Shown here in pieces: positions 52,962 through 64,000 of a stretch of DNA of 64,000 bases; the first letter of the stretch is position 1; each line of letters begins with the position of its first letter. This DNA comes from Hydrolagus affinis (taxonomy: Eukaryota). The notes under the pieces are model-generated. The model did not search any database. It was given only the letters and a program-made list of their open reading frames with translations, and was not told the origin of the DNA. Position numbers and translations under genes: made by a program. The DNA lies in assembly GCA_012026655.1 (NCBI GenBank), contig JAAILG010000419.1, forward strand, positions 1 to 64,000, read 5' to 3'.

Positions 52962-53311
52962 ATAATAATAATAATAATAATCTTTGCATTTGATGCGGTG
53001 CTTTTCAGTCTTCTAGACGACAACAAGACAAGAATTGCATTTGTATAGCGCCTTTCACGTCGGGAGGACGTCTCAAAGCGCTTCACAGTATATACTGTAA
53101 AGTGAATTGACTGTATATTTGTGGACAAATTGCGCATAGCAGAGTCCCACAAACTGTTGTGAATTGAGGTGACCAATTTATTAACCTTGAGGGATTATTA
53201 TTCAGCATGTGGAGTAAGGAAACTTGCCCAATGTTTCACCCTGCCTGGAATTGAACCCAGGTCTCTCACGTGAGAGGCGGGTGCTCTAACCACTGAGCTG
53301 CAGGACTCCAC
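52962..53311 (-). mobile_element. Full-length young SINE with nested 51-nt L2 tail (53020-53070)
   Basis: Head gtggagtcctgcagctcagtggttagagcac on the minus strand; the tail is interrupted at gacg. Confidence 0.9.
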
Positions 53312-56300
53312 AAACCTAAGGTTATTTGCATGAAAGCTGCACTAATTATGCTATAATAATAATAATAATAATCCTTGTGTTTGATATAGAACCTTATCAT
53401 GTTTTTGGGACATCTGTAAGCATTTCACAGTAATAAATACAACATTTATTTTAACTCAAAGTATCCATACATCATGTATTAAACTCTGCAGGTTTGCTTA
53501 TTAACCTAAAAGCTGTGTCTGTAAATCAAAGGATATTAACATCCAAACATAACATCCTAAATGAAGGTAATTTGGTATACATAGATTCATAGCAATCTGT
53601 TAGGAACTGCCAAGTTCTAAGTTGGCTTCTGCTATATTGAAGTACTGTCTATTGTGTCATTTATCGAACCAAAAGGAAAGCTGGGAAGTGCGGAGAGAGA
53701 GGGAGTTAAATTGGTCTGTCTGTCTTTTAGGATCAAAGGGATCATTTTATCAAGTGAGAAATGGAATTGAGAATTTTTCCATTCTTCAACTAGTAAAGGG
53801 ATCTTCATGGTTCAACAGCTAGTATGAGTCGAAAGCAAGTGAGCTGTTTGATATCTCTCTCAGGGCCAGAATGGAGTGTATCCATACATGTGTCTGATCC
53901 TCATAATTGCAAAAATGTTTTTGACTGAAATTGTGTGCTTCTGGTTTTAAAATAGGATTCTATGTTTAGCCAGTTGTCATGTTGCCTGGTTTTAATAAGA
54001 CACATTATGAGTCCCAAGGGTGCATTGTTTTGGCCGGCATTATCTATCCGCGCGTAGTTTCAATATGCCTCCCCTTACCCCTATAAGACATTTCACCCAG
54101 TCCCGTACCATTGTTCTCGGTTTGCTTCCCTGCTGTTGCTGTGATTTAAATAAAATATGGCTCTGTTCAGTCAACCGTAAGTACGCATGGTGTAAATTTG
54201 GACTTGTATAAAACATTGTGCTTATGCAGTTGCTTAATTGTTATTTTCCACTCGCTAACAGAGCTTCAGTCTCGATTTCACCATCCAAGTGTGCTTCTAC
54301 GTTTTCAGTATTGACAGCACCAGCTTTGGTTTGCTAGACAGCTGCTAACTAACAATTTTCATCGAGTCCCTATATCTTGAATTGATGGATGCTAGATCAA
54401 TAGCAAGGACCCCCAGTGAGATGGCACGTCTCAGCACCGAATAAGTGTTGTTTGTCAGGATGTGTTTGGAACAATTGCAGTTAAACTGTAGCGTGTCTGA
54501 AAGATAAAAGCTAAGAAAATTGTGAGGTGTACCTCAGCAACCTCTAGCCACAATAGTACCATAGCCACTCCACAGTGCTTCGAGATGCTTTCCGGAGTGA
54601 AGAGCGCTATATAAATGCAAATTTGTGGTCTATAGTCTTTGCATCATTTTAACACAAAACTGTCAACCTATCAGTGTTAAATCTGGAGCCCAACTGGGCA
54701 AGGTATTTTGTAGCATAGCTCACAATCTTGCTGGTTAAAATTCCACCGCATTCACTTTCTTATCACTTGCTAGTGCCATATCAAGCAGGTTCATAAAAAT
54801 CATAGGATTATACACCACAGAAGGAGGCCTTTTGGCTAATCGTGTCTGGGCTGGCTCTTTGAAAAGAGCTGCCCAAATCAATCCCACTCCCCACTCTCTC
54901 CCCTGGAAACATGTCTTCCCCAAATAATTATCCAATTATCTACTGTAGGTGATCCACAGTAGAGCAGTCATTAGCCAACAGAATGGTCTTAAAATGCCAG
55001 CTTTGCATCACACTTGTCTGAAGCTAAAAAGAACACCATTGCACGTGCAGCTCTCTGCTGACTGCCAACAGACTGACTGGGGAGATGGTTAATGTTAACA
55101 AAAGCCAGTGGGATTGTCAGTTCTTTATGTATATTAGAAATGCAATCAAACTACTGCTGGCACAAGTCCGAAGAGGTGTGAAGCTGCCTCCTTCAGGTGC
55201 TCTCAGACCACCCTCTGTTCATTCACATTTATGCTCCTTATACTATAGTTACGCCGCTGAGATTTTGCCAGAAAAAAAATCAGAGCATTTCATCGCTCTA
55301 GTAAAATAGGGTAATTGAATAAATCGATCGAGTTACTTACGTATGTATATATTGCATTGTTGCATATTACCAACAGATACTGTTGGAATTAAACTGCTTA
55401 AGCATTAAAATTGATCTTGTTTTTATGGTGTGACACATTTTCTGTTCGAGGTGACAGTTGTGATAAAATGTTTGAAACTAATGTGGAAACTAAACGTAGG
55501 TCAAAGGTAGGACTACACTATCAAACGTTGTGATCCTTCTGAGATACGTATAAATCAGTTTCTTCGCAACTCTAATTGTTATGTTAAGTACAATCTACTG
55601 GCGACATACTGTCCATTTACCACATCCTTCCAATCAATGCAAGTTGAATAAAATAGGTAATTTTCTGATGTATTCTGTAGATTTGACGGTGATTATCAAC
55701 TGTAAACCAGTGCATTTTTTCCACCTGATCTACCTTATCCTGGCAGATGCACACAAAGGATTTCAGACCTTTTCGAAATGCAAGCCATACAAAATTGAAG
55801 GTCAGAGATTAATGCTTCTCAAAATTATTCATAAAAAAAAGAAAATCTTATATAATAGGGAGGCTTATAGGTCATGGCTGCCAGCCGTTCTGCATTGATT
55901 GTCTTTATCATTTCACAGAATCTACTCATTCCATTGGCACAGAAAGAATAGATTTATGGGCTGAAGGTACATTGTCCTCGATATGTCCATATCCACCTAG
56001 ATTGACAGTTTCTACAGAAGAGAATTCCCTGAGAGGCCTAGTGTTACTGGTGTCGGTGTATGGCATCACTTACTCTATGTTTCTGTTATTATATTGATAA
56101 CAAGATAATTCCTATGCTTTTCAGAGGCATGACAGGATTCACAACGGTTAACTCTCTCAGTGAAATAATTTGATATTCTGGGGGATGAGCTGTAATATGC
56201 CCCTTTTCACTGCTCCATTAAAATATATATATATTTGCTCAATAACCTCATAAACCTAAATGAGATTTCATTGCTAAAATGGTTCAGAATAGTGTAGATA

Positions 56301-59249
56301 ATATAGAAACAAACTATTTGGGGTCTTCTGAAAGTTATAGCATTCTCACTTTTAAGTCAGAGCTTTCAAAAGGGAATTAGATAGATACTTCAAACGGGAA
56401 AAAAAATGCAAGGTTGTAGGGAAAAATTGGGGTAGCGGAACTGATTATGTAGATTTTCTAAAGAGCTGGTACAGGCGCAATGGGCCAAATGGCCTCCTTC
56501 TGTGCTTTAATATTCTATGATTTTATAACGGGGCTTTAGGGTGTATGCAAAGACAATGCAACGTTGCTAGACGTTGATAGAATTGAGCAGGAGTACTGAT
56601 TTTCAAACGAAATGTTAAACTGAGTTTTTTTTTCATGGTCTCCTGCCCAATTCTATCCTCCACATATCTTTCACCTCTGACTATTTGTGGGACAGTTTGA
56701 ACCTTACCTATCTGCACCATTTTATCAACTCATTCCCTTATAGTTCCCTGCATATCCGACTTTGCATCATGTAAAGATCTTGTTGTGTATTTTTCCAGCA
56801 TTCAACAACAGCACCTTGCCTTCATATAGCACCCTTCACAAAGGTTCACATTTCGGAGTGCTTAGCAATCCCTTCAAGCGCTTAATAGAACTTTGAGAGT
56901 AGTAATTTGAGCTATCAGATTATCTGATTTCTATTGTGCATTCAAAAGCTTTTGGGACATTTATTGTTTTTCTTTTTTTTCCCACCTCTTCGTAATGTCT
57001 TTGTTTTCTTTCTCTGATCCCACTTATCCTCCTCAAATCTACTCTAGTGATGTGTTCAGTCTGATGAAGGGTCAGTCACTTCAATTGCAGATGTAGATTG
57101 ATCCGTTGGCTATTTCCCATGTTTACAGTTTATATCTATTATGGAAAGAATACTTGATTTAATACAGCTCTTGCAGCTTTGACTGGTACAAGACAGTGTA
57201 TTGTCCTTTTGAGTGGCAGACATGTAACTTTTATAACAGTGATTTCACCTATCAGGTTATCTGACTTGTATTGTGCTGAGTTTCACTGTGTATCATATCT
57301 CTGTGTCGGTGTCATTACCTTAAGTCCCCAGAAACACTTGTTGCAAATCTTTTAATCTGTTACTTCCATCTCAGGAAAAATGCTGTCAGCACCTTCATAT
57401 TTATTGATGTTCATAAGATGGCTACAACAACAACAACTTTGATTTATATAGCGCCCTCCACGCCGGATGGCGTCTCAGAGCGCTTAAACGTTAGTCTAGA
57501 GACATCACACCAAAGCATTCTTTTAACCACACATCTGGCTGAGCAAACCGAGTCTTAGTGTTGCCAAACAAAGTAATTCACTAGTCAAAACAAAAAAAAA
57601 CTCAAGACTTATCCCATTTTATTTTCACCAGTTGGTGAATGTGGTACCTCCAATATTGTCTAAGGCTACCCTATGTTACAGCATCACTCAGTTGGCGTAT
57701 CTCTCATGTACTCTAGGCACCCATTAGCCAGCGTTTCAGTCGTGCTTGGTAATAATAATATGATTGATTCCATTGTCGATTGACTGAAAAAATCCTGGTT
57801 TTGTGAATACAAAATCCCTGTTCTGTAATTTGTCCATTAAGTCGGAGAATATTGTATTTATTGAGTCACATGTGTCTGTCAAACTGTTACATCTGCTAAG
57901 GAGGATTATGTGTGGAAGCCTTTAGTATTAAGTCCTAAAACGTCTATCAGTCAGTATAAAAAGAAATCAAAACTGGTCAGTGTTCTTTAGAGTAGTGGAA
58001 GAATGTTGAGCATTTACTTGACAGGTTTACCCAGTTATCATCAAGAGTAATAAGGACTTTTGAAAAGAAGGAAAGTAGCTATTTGAAGAGTGAGTTATAA
58101 CGTAATATGGAAGATAAGAAAAAATACACACAGCCGTGGTACAGAGTAGGTGACCTGAACATTGATTTAAAGGAAATAGGAATAGTAAAGTGAGCTGTCA
58201 AACTCGATCAGAATTATGCATGTGATTGTTTAGGTTTCACTGCTAATGTTAAAATACTAGTATTTATATCTATGAGAACATTTGTTGCTTACCCTGCTTT
58301 AAGCAATATAGAGCGATCAGCAAAGACTTCAAGCTCCAAATTTAATAGTAGCCAGTCAATTGTTTGTGAATTAAAAATGATAAATTTATTTCTGCAGACC
58401 TGCAGATTCTTTAAAAACATAAAAATAATACTTGCATTTGATATAGTGCCTTATCGTGTGTTCGAGGCATCTCAAAGCACTTGATATAGTACTGTAAAGT
58501 GGATACACCTTGTATTTAATATAGAGCCTTTCACATTAGAAAGATGACTGAAAGTGCTTCACAGTAAAGTATCTATGTATGTTACATAGGCTCAATGGAC
58601 GGCAGCAGAAATAAGGATATAATACCTTTTGGATGATTTTGTTATGCTTCATCAACATGAACATGGCGGTGTGGTGGTGTAAAATTTATCTTATTCCCAC
58701 ATAATTCTGGAATCTCTAAATTCTTCCTGTAGAATGCTGTGTGGTCAAAAACATGACCATTTGAGCTTAAAGGGATGCCTTTGGTCAAATAAACGCTCTT
58801 GCAGCAACAAAGCCAATTGATAATATTAAACACTTATGTTGAAGCAACAGCTAATGACTCAAATTAAAGAAGATACATTGGTTTTCTTTTATTAAACAAA
58901 ATCTAATTTAATGTTCTGCTGCTGTTGAAAACTGTTCTTAGCCGCGTGTAATCACAATGTTAAGTATAAATGTATCCAGATTGCAATTGTAGTATTTGTA
59001 TGTTTGGATTTGATAGAACAATGAAACTCTGATTCTCAAATTAATTTACATTTCACTCAGTTTTAGTCTCATTTGCAGTAGGCAAGGCGGTGTCTTAACC
59101 ATTGCAATGCAGAAATCTCATTCACTGCTGATGGAGAGGTAAGGAGTTGAGTCAGGAAGGATTGTGCAGTTGCGTGTAGACTGTTGACTAAAATATCCAT
59201 TGAAGGGGGAAAAACCCCTCAAATAACCATGTCAAAATGTTCTCATACA

Positions 59250-59700
59250 AAAAAACAACAAAATTACACTTGTATAGCGCTTTTCAAGTCAAGAAGACAC
59301 CCCAAGGTGCTCGACAGTCATTGTTTCAGACCTGAGCTGAGGTCAGGGAAGGGGAGGGTGGAGGGAAACGGGGTGGAATTGAGGTGATCGATGGGACCGT
59401 CGAAGAGGAAGGTCATAAAGTGAGACTTGAAGGAAGCCAGGGAGATGGCGGAGGGTCTACGGAATGGAGTTCTGGAGGTTGGGGGCAGAGTGGCTGAAGT
59501 CTCGTCTGCGAATAATGGGATGGGTGGCTCAGGGCAGCAGGAGCCCGCTGGGCGGGCGTTGGTAGAGGGTTAGGAGGTCGCAGATGTAGGGTGGAGCAAG
59601 GCCGTGGAAGGCGTTGAATGTGGGGACCAGAATCTTGAATTGGATCCCTTGGGTGATGGGCAGCCAATGGAGTCGAGTGAGGATAGGGGAGATGAGGTCA
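59250..59700 (-). mobile_element. L2 LINE 3' fragment
   Basis: Minus strand encodes LISPILTRLHWLPITQGIQFKILVPTFNAFHGLAPPYICDLL and ends in an aagcgctatacaagtgtaattttgttgtt tail. Confidence 0.88.
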
Positions 59701-60555
59701 TGAAGCTTGGAGCTGTAGAGAACATGTTGTTTTTTATGCCATTATGCCTTTTGTGTCTTTTGGTGCCGTTATGTCTTTTGCTCCCCATAATTGTATAACA
59801 GTAAATCTGAAAAAAGTTGGTGATTCTGCTAAATAACAAGTTCAAGTTAATGTCAAAATGAAAAAGAACTACAGTACTGTATTTTGAACCAGATATATAC
59901 ATATATATGTTGGAGGCAGCACTTGCCTTTGTATCCAAATTACTAACTAGGTTTTCTAAGGTAATATATTACACTCTGTATAGAAACAGTGAAAAGTGTA
60001 GCTAGGTAAGTTTGTCGTTATCAATGATATGTGGCTTGTTAGCTATGTTAATGGTAGATACAATCCACTCAAATGTTCTTCTAAGACTTTTTTTTAATTG
60101 ATACTTTAGCACTGCCTACTTCCAGTAAGTGTTATTTTATATATAAAATATGCATTTTATGCATTTAATTACATAAGCAACCTTATAAATGAAAACATTT
60201 CACATCTCGGAAATGAGACACGCGTGTTTTAGGATAAGATTGATCCATTTGCTTTACCCACATAATAATGAGGAGTTCCTTCCACCATGAATATCTGACA
60301 TTTAATGCTAGAGTAGTGTTCCTAAGCATAAAAAAATGCAATTAACACCAATCATTTTCTGCCCATATCAGAAACAGATTTTGCATCTATCATTTGCCCC
60401 TATTCAAAAGCACACTCAAATTTGTAAGACTCACATTTGTAACAATAGAAATTAATGTGCTATAGTTAAATTATTTGTCTTAAATGCTACAGCTTTAATT
60501 AAAAATACATTTCTCTGATAGATATTCATGGTGTTTTTTTTTCTATTTTGCATAG

Positions 60556-60624
60556 ATCATTATTGCCAGCCTCATGTGTACTTACAACAAGGATGATTGG
60601 ATAGAACTTGCAAAGATGGCAGAG
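60556..60624 (+). CDS. DPYD: DPYD exon 15 equivalent (69 nt): [23 protein letters not shown]
   Basis: Acceptor ttttgcatag|atc and donor gag|gtgagt. Matches human [23 protein letters not shown]. Not in ORF track. Confidence 0.96.
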
Positions 60625-62487
60625 GTGAGTGTTTTTCTTTGCTGTTCCACACTTCACTGCAGACATAATTGCAATGCCATTTTTAATGAGCATTTCATTG
60701 TGTTTATTTACCAATGGCCGAGGATTAGAAAATAGTATCATTAATTGTTCATCCGTGTTAAACTTGATAGGTTAGATTTTGCTACTGTCATTAACTGGCA
60801 GGTATTTTGCGATAATTAATGTCACATGGAAAGAATCATTCCCACAGGATCTTCCACTTTCCTTTCTGTTTGCTACCTCAAGCTGTATCTCAGGGTTCAG
60901 TAGAAGAGGAAGGTCTGGGCTGAAAGCTATTGCTTCCATTGAAAAGATGCCAATTGGAAGTCCAGCCACCCAAAGGATGTTTGCCTATTTCACACCATTC
61001 TTTCTGGATAAAAAAAAATTACTCAGGGCTGTATTTTTCTAGTGTTCACATATAAAGCTTTCTGCTTGTTGCCTTTTGTATGGTTAATCCATTCAGTGTT
61101 CTGTGTCTGTCTATAAATGTGTGTAGTTGACCAGAATCGTGGATTACCGGCAAGTGCTGTGTTAATAGAAACTGATGCTAGCCCTAGGGCCTTGATGATA
61201 TTTTTATGGGAACTCGACCAAGATCCTCTTGGAAATAATTTTAAGACATGTTAACTGTGCTATTATAGAAACAAATGATTTTACTATCCAATAAGCATTG
61301 CTGCAATGTTCCAACTTGCCCTTGGGAAGCAAGTCATGTCCAAGATCCCGTGCCCAATTACATTTCAGGGCTGATAGGCAATGACAACATTGTCTCTCAT
61401 GTCTGATCTGCTACCCGAGACTGAACCAGATGCAACACACTTCATAGATATGCCGACAGTTTTATAGCATGATGTTTGCTAAGCTAAGCATTCCAAAACG
61501 TAAATGTTACACTGCCAACATTTTCTACACTAGGCAAAATCCGCATCACTGGTGATATAGTCTGAATTATTTTGGCACATCGTATTTCTGGAAGCATTAA
61601 TGCCAAATATTCAGCAATTGTTCCTCCATGTTAGTTTGCCTCTTGTCTTGTTCCTCGTGAATGAATCCGTAGGCTAGTAAGTAATCTATCTGAAATGTCG
61701 TAGAAGCTAGCTTCTCCTGAAGGTTTGCTCTTGTATAACACCTTGCATATTTTTATAATGATCCCTAAAATTGCCAGTCATTTTTCTCTGAACCTTTCAG
61801 ACTGTAGTGCAAAAATCTCTGAGTTAAAGGGCTTACTGGAGGGAAATGAAATTAAACATTATTGATAATTGGCTTTTTGATCTCGAGCTCTGGGTCCATT
61901 TTAAATCTGTTTTGGCCTAATTGACCATGAAATCTCTTGCTGAATTCTGGCTCAAAATAAGCTTTACCACCTAAACGCTGAGTATGATAAATGGCTTTAT
62001 CGTACAGTTTGTTCCTCTGCTTTCCATGAGGATAGCAATGCGTATTATTCTCCCCCTTCTCTAATGGCTGTCACTTTGAGGAAAATCATAAATCTCCACA
62101 CGGACTCACACAGGCAGGTTGGCATGAGGTATAATAATTGTTTAAATCCCTGTTCAGACATGTTTGAAAATTATTTTAAGTCTGATCATACTGACAGTTG
62201 GGACCCGTGACTTGCAATTCATTCGTTTTCCTGTGAGATAAAGGATACATTTTAGATTGCCCCAATGGCTTCCCAGTGTTGACCACACACCCGACAGAGA
62301 AATGTGAAACACAGAGGATATTGAATGTAGCCATGATTATCTAAACACCCACTGCTAGAAGGTGCACATGTCCAGATGTTATGTGAGGCCCTTTCTTAGA
62401 AAGCTTGCCAACAATAGCTGCCAAGCCTTTACTTGTGAATACAGTCCTCATCTCAACATGTTGCTATTTCAACACCTAACCATATGC

Positions 62488-62820
62488 CATGGAATCCTGT
62501 ATCTCAGCAGTTAGAGCACTCGCCAGGCAAGTGACAGACCTGGGTTCGATTCCAGGCAGGGCGAAACCGTGGGCAAGTTTCCTTACTCCACACGCCTGAT
62601 GATAATCCCTCGAAAGAAAAAAGCACAACAATAATAAATTGGTCATTTCAATCAACTATTGACTGTGGGACATTGCTGTGCGCAATTGACTGCTGTGTTT
62701 TGCCCACAAAATATACAGTCAATTCACTTTACAGTATCTTCTGTGAAGCGCTTACAGAACATCTAGAAGACATGAAAAGCACTACATCAAATGCAAGGAT
62801 TAAGATTATTATTATTATTA
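62488..62820 (+). mobile_element. Full-length young SINE (short subfamily)
   Basis: tRNA head (ggttcgattcc B box), Deu body and (ATT)n tail. Confidence 0.9.
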
Positions 62821-64000
62821 GTCGGGTAAATAATGATCAATGAAGTTGCGGTACCAGCAGACATCCAATGTCCCTGGAATCTTCTCCCAGTAGAAGAAAG
62901 AAGAAGTCAAACACATTTCTTGGAAGGAGGAGGTGAGGAGAGGAGGAAAGCAATCAATGAAAAGATGGTGTAGTGGATGGATGAGTCGATAGGCTGGAGC
63001 CACTAGTCTGAATCTCGAGATTCTTTGGAAATTATTTGCTGACATACAATTCAGAGTGATATGGAGGACAGCCCTAGTTAGATCTCCCTCTCACTCACAT
63101 GGCTTTGTCCATCTGGGAATAATACAGACAGAAAACAGATAAAAGGTTATAAAGGAGGCCAGTATGGCATCAACAAACAAGGGAAAGGAAAGTTATTGGG
63201 TAGAGACAGTCTACTGAATGTTAAGTTTTGTACAGCAAGGATTCAAATGAACATTACTGTTAACTCTAGCTGAAAGCAATTCACAAAACTACTCAGTCAT
63301 ACATCATGCACAATGCTGTGATGTTGCTATTCATGTATATAATACAACATAAGGTAATTGAGTGTAAATCATCAAATTAGCTACAAGAGAAAAACAAGAG
63401 TTTCCTTTCAATTACATCATTGCAATTGATATGGTTCTTTCACGTCTTGCATGTGACCTTGATTGTTTACATTAGATAGTTATTTGAGGAGGACAGGTTT
63501 GCAGGGCTATGGGGAGAGAGCAGGGGAGTGGGATTGATTTGGACAGCCCTTTTCAAAGCGCCAGCACAGACACGATGGGCCAAATGGTGTATAATTCTGT
63601 GATTCATAGTATGATGCACGTTTAGAGCAATGATAAGTTGTGACTAAGAAAGGAACAACTCTGAGGTACCAAAAACTTATTAAAACCAGTATGGAATATC
63701 ATACCATTTACCTTTCAAGATCCAGTTTCTTTTGATTCCGGTCTTTGTAACCAAATCTATTATGTGAGTGACATCCCCCCAAAACACTTGTCCTTTGATA
63801 CTGAAACCTCTTATGTCCAATGACATAATGATACAATTATGAGTAATTGTGCAGCACAGTTCATTGTCAACCTTTCTATGCATTAGGGCTTTGGTTTGGC
63901 TGAGTAAGAATAGGTCAACACCTCCACATCTTAATGATAACTCAAACATGCTGATGATATTGGAAATGCCTTAGCTACTAGCTAAGTGCCTTATTTAACC

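Noticed and set aside
52623-53048. 141-aa + strand ORF
   Set aside because: No recognisable domain; runs into an (ATA)n SINE tail and includes a 16-nt tandem duplication (52807-52838).
62822-63060. Purine-rich segment possibly from a Penelope ORF (- strand)
   Set aside because: Too degraded to support any assignment.
63470-63607. Possible DPYD exon 16 (GMGERG-like)
   Set aside because: It is a CR1 3' UTR with no LNLSCPHG frame; exon 16 presumably lies beyond the window.
1-64000. miR-137, snoRNAs or a nested antisense protein gene
   Set aside because: I did not see the miR-137 mature sequence, convincing C/D or H/ACA architectures, or spliceable antisense exons by eye. An Rfam scan and RNA-seq would be decisive.

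Overview
Vertebrate genomic DNA, AT-rich and intron-dominated. The repeat content suggests a cartilaginous fish such as a chimaera (inference). The window holds the middle of DPYD (dihydropyrimidine dehydrogenase) on the + strand: nine coding exons equivalent to human exons 7-15. All are flanked by AG/GT, have consistent phases and have lengths 82/88/108/170/211/185/216/165/69 nt (1294 nt total), matching the human exon structure as I recall it. Exons 8 and 15 are absent from the ORF track. Nearly all other ORFs in the track look spurious. The introns carry about 20 copies or fragments of a young tRNA(Ala)-headed Deu-domain SINE with an L2-type tail, in long and short subfamilies. They also carry older full-Deu and AmnSINE2-like SINE relics, L2 and CR1 LINE fragments, several nested insertions and one 100-N gap. 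The most notable unexplained signals are: (i) four back-to-back hairpins followed by an AP-1/GC-box in intron 11, (ii) a 30-bp-stem palindrome in intron 13, (iii) a shared leader of about 45 nt upstream of two SINE heads, (iv) inverted SINE pairs around exons 11, 13 and 14, and (v) POU and homeodomain motif clusters that look like conserved enhancers. I found no new protein-coding system. Repeat family names come from recalled consensus sequences, not a database search.
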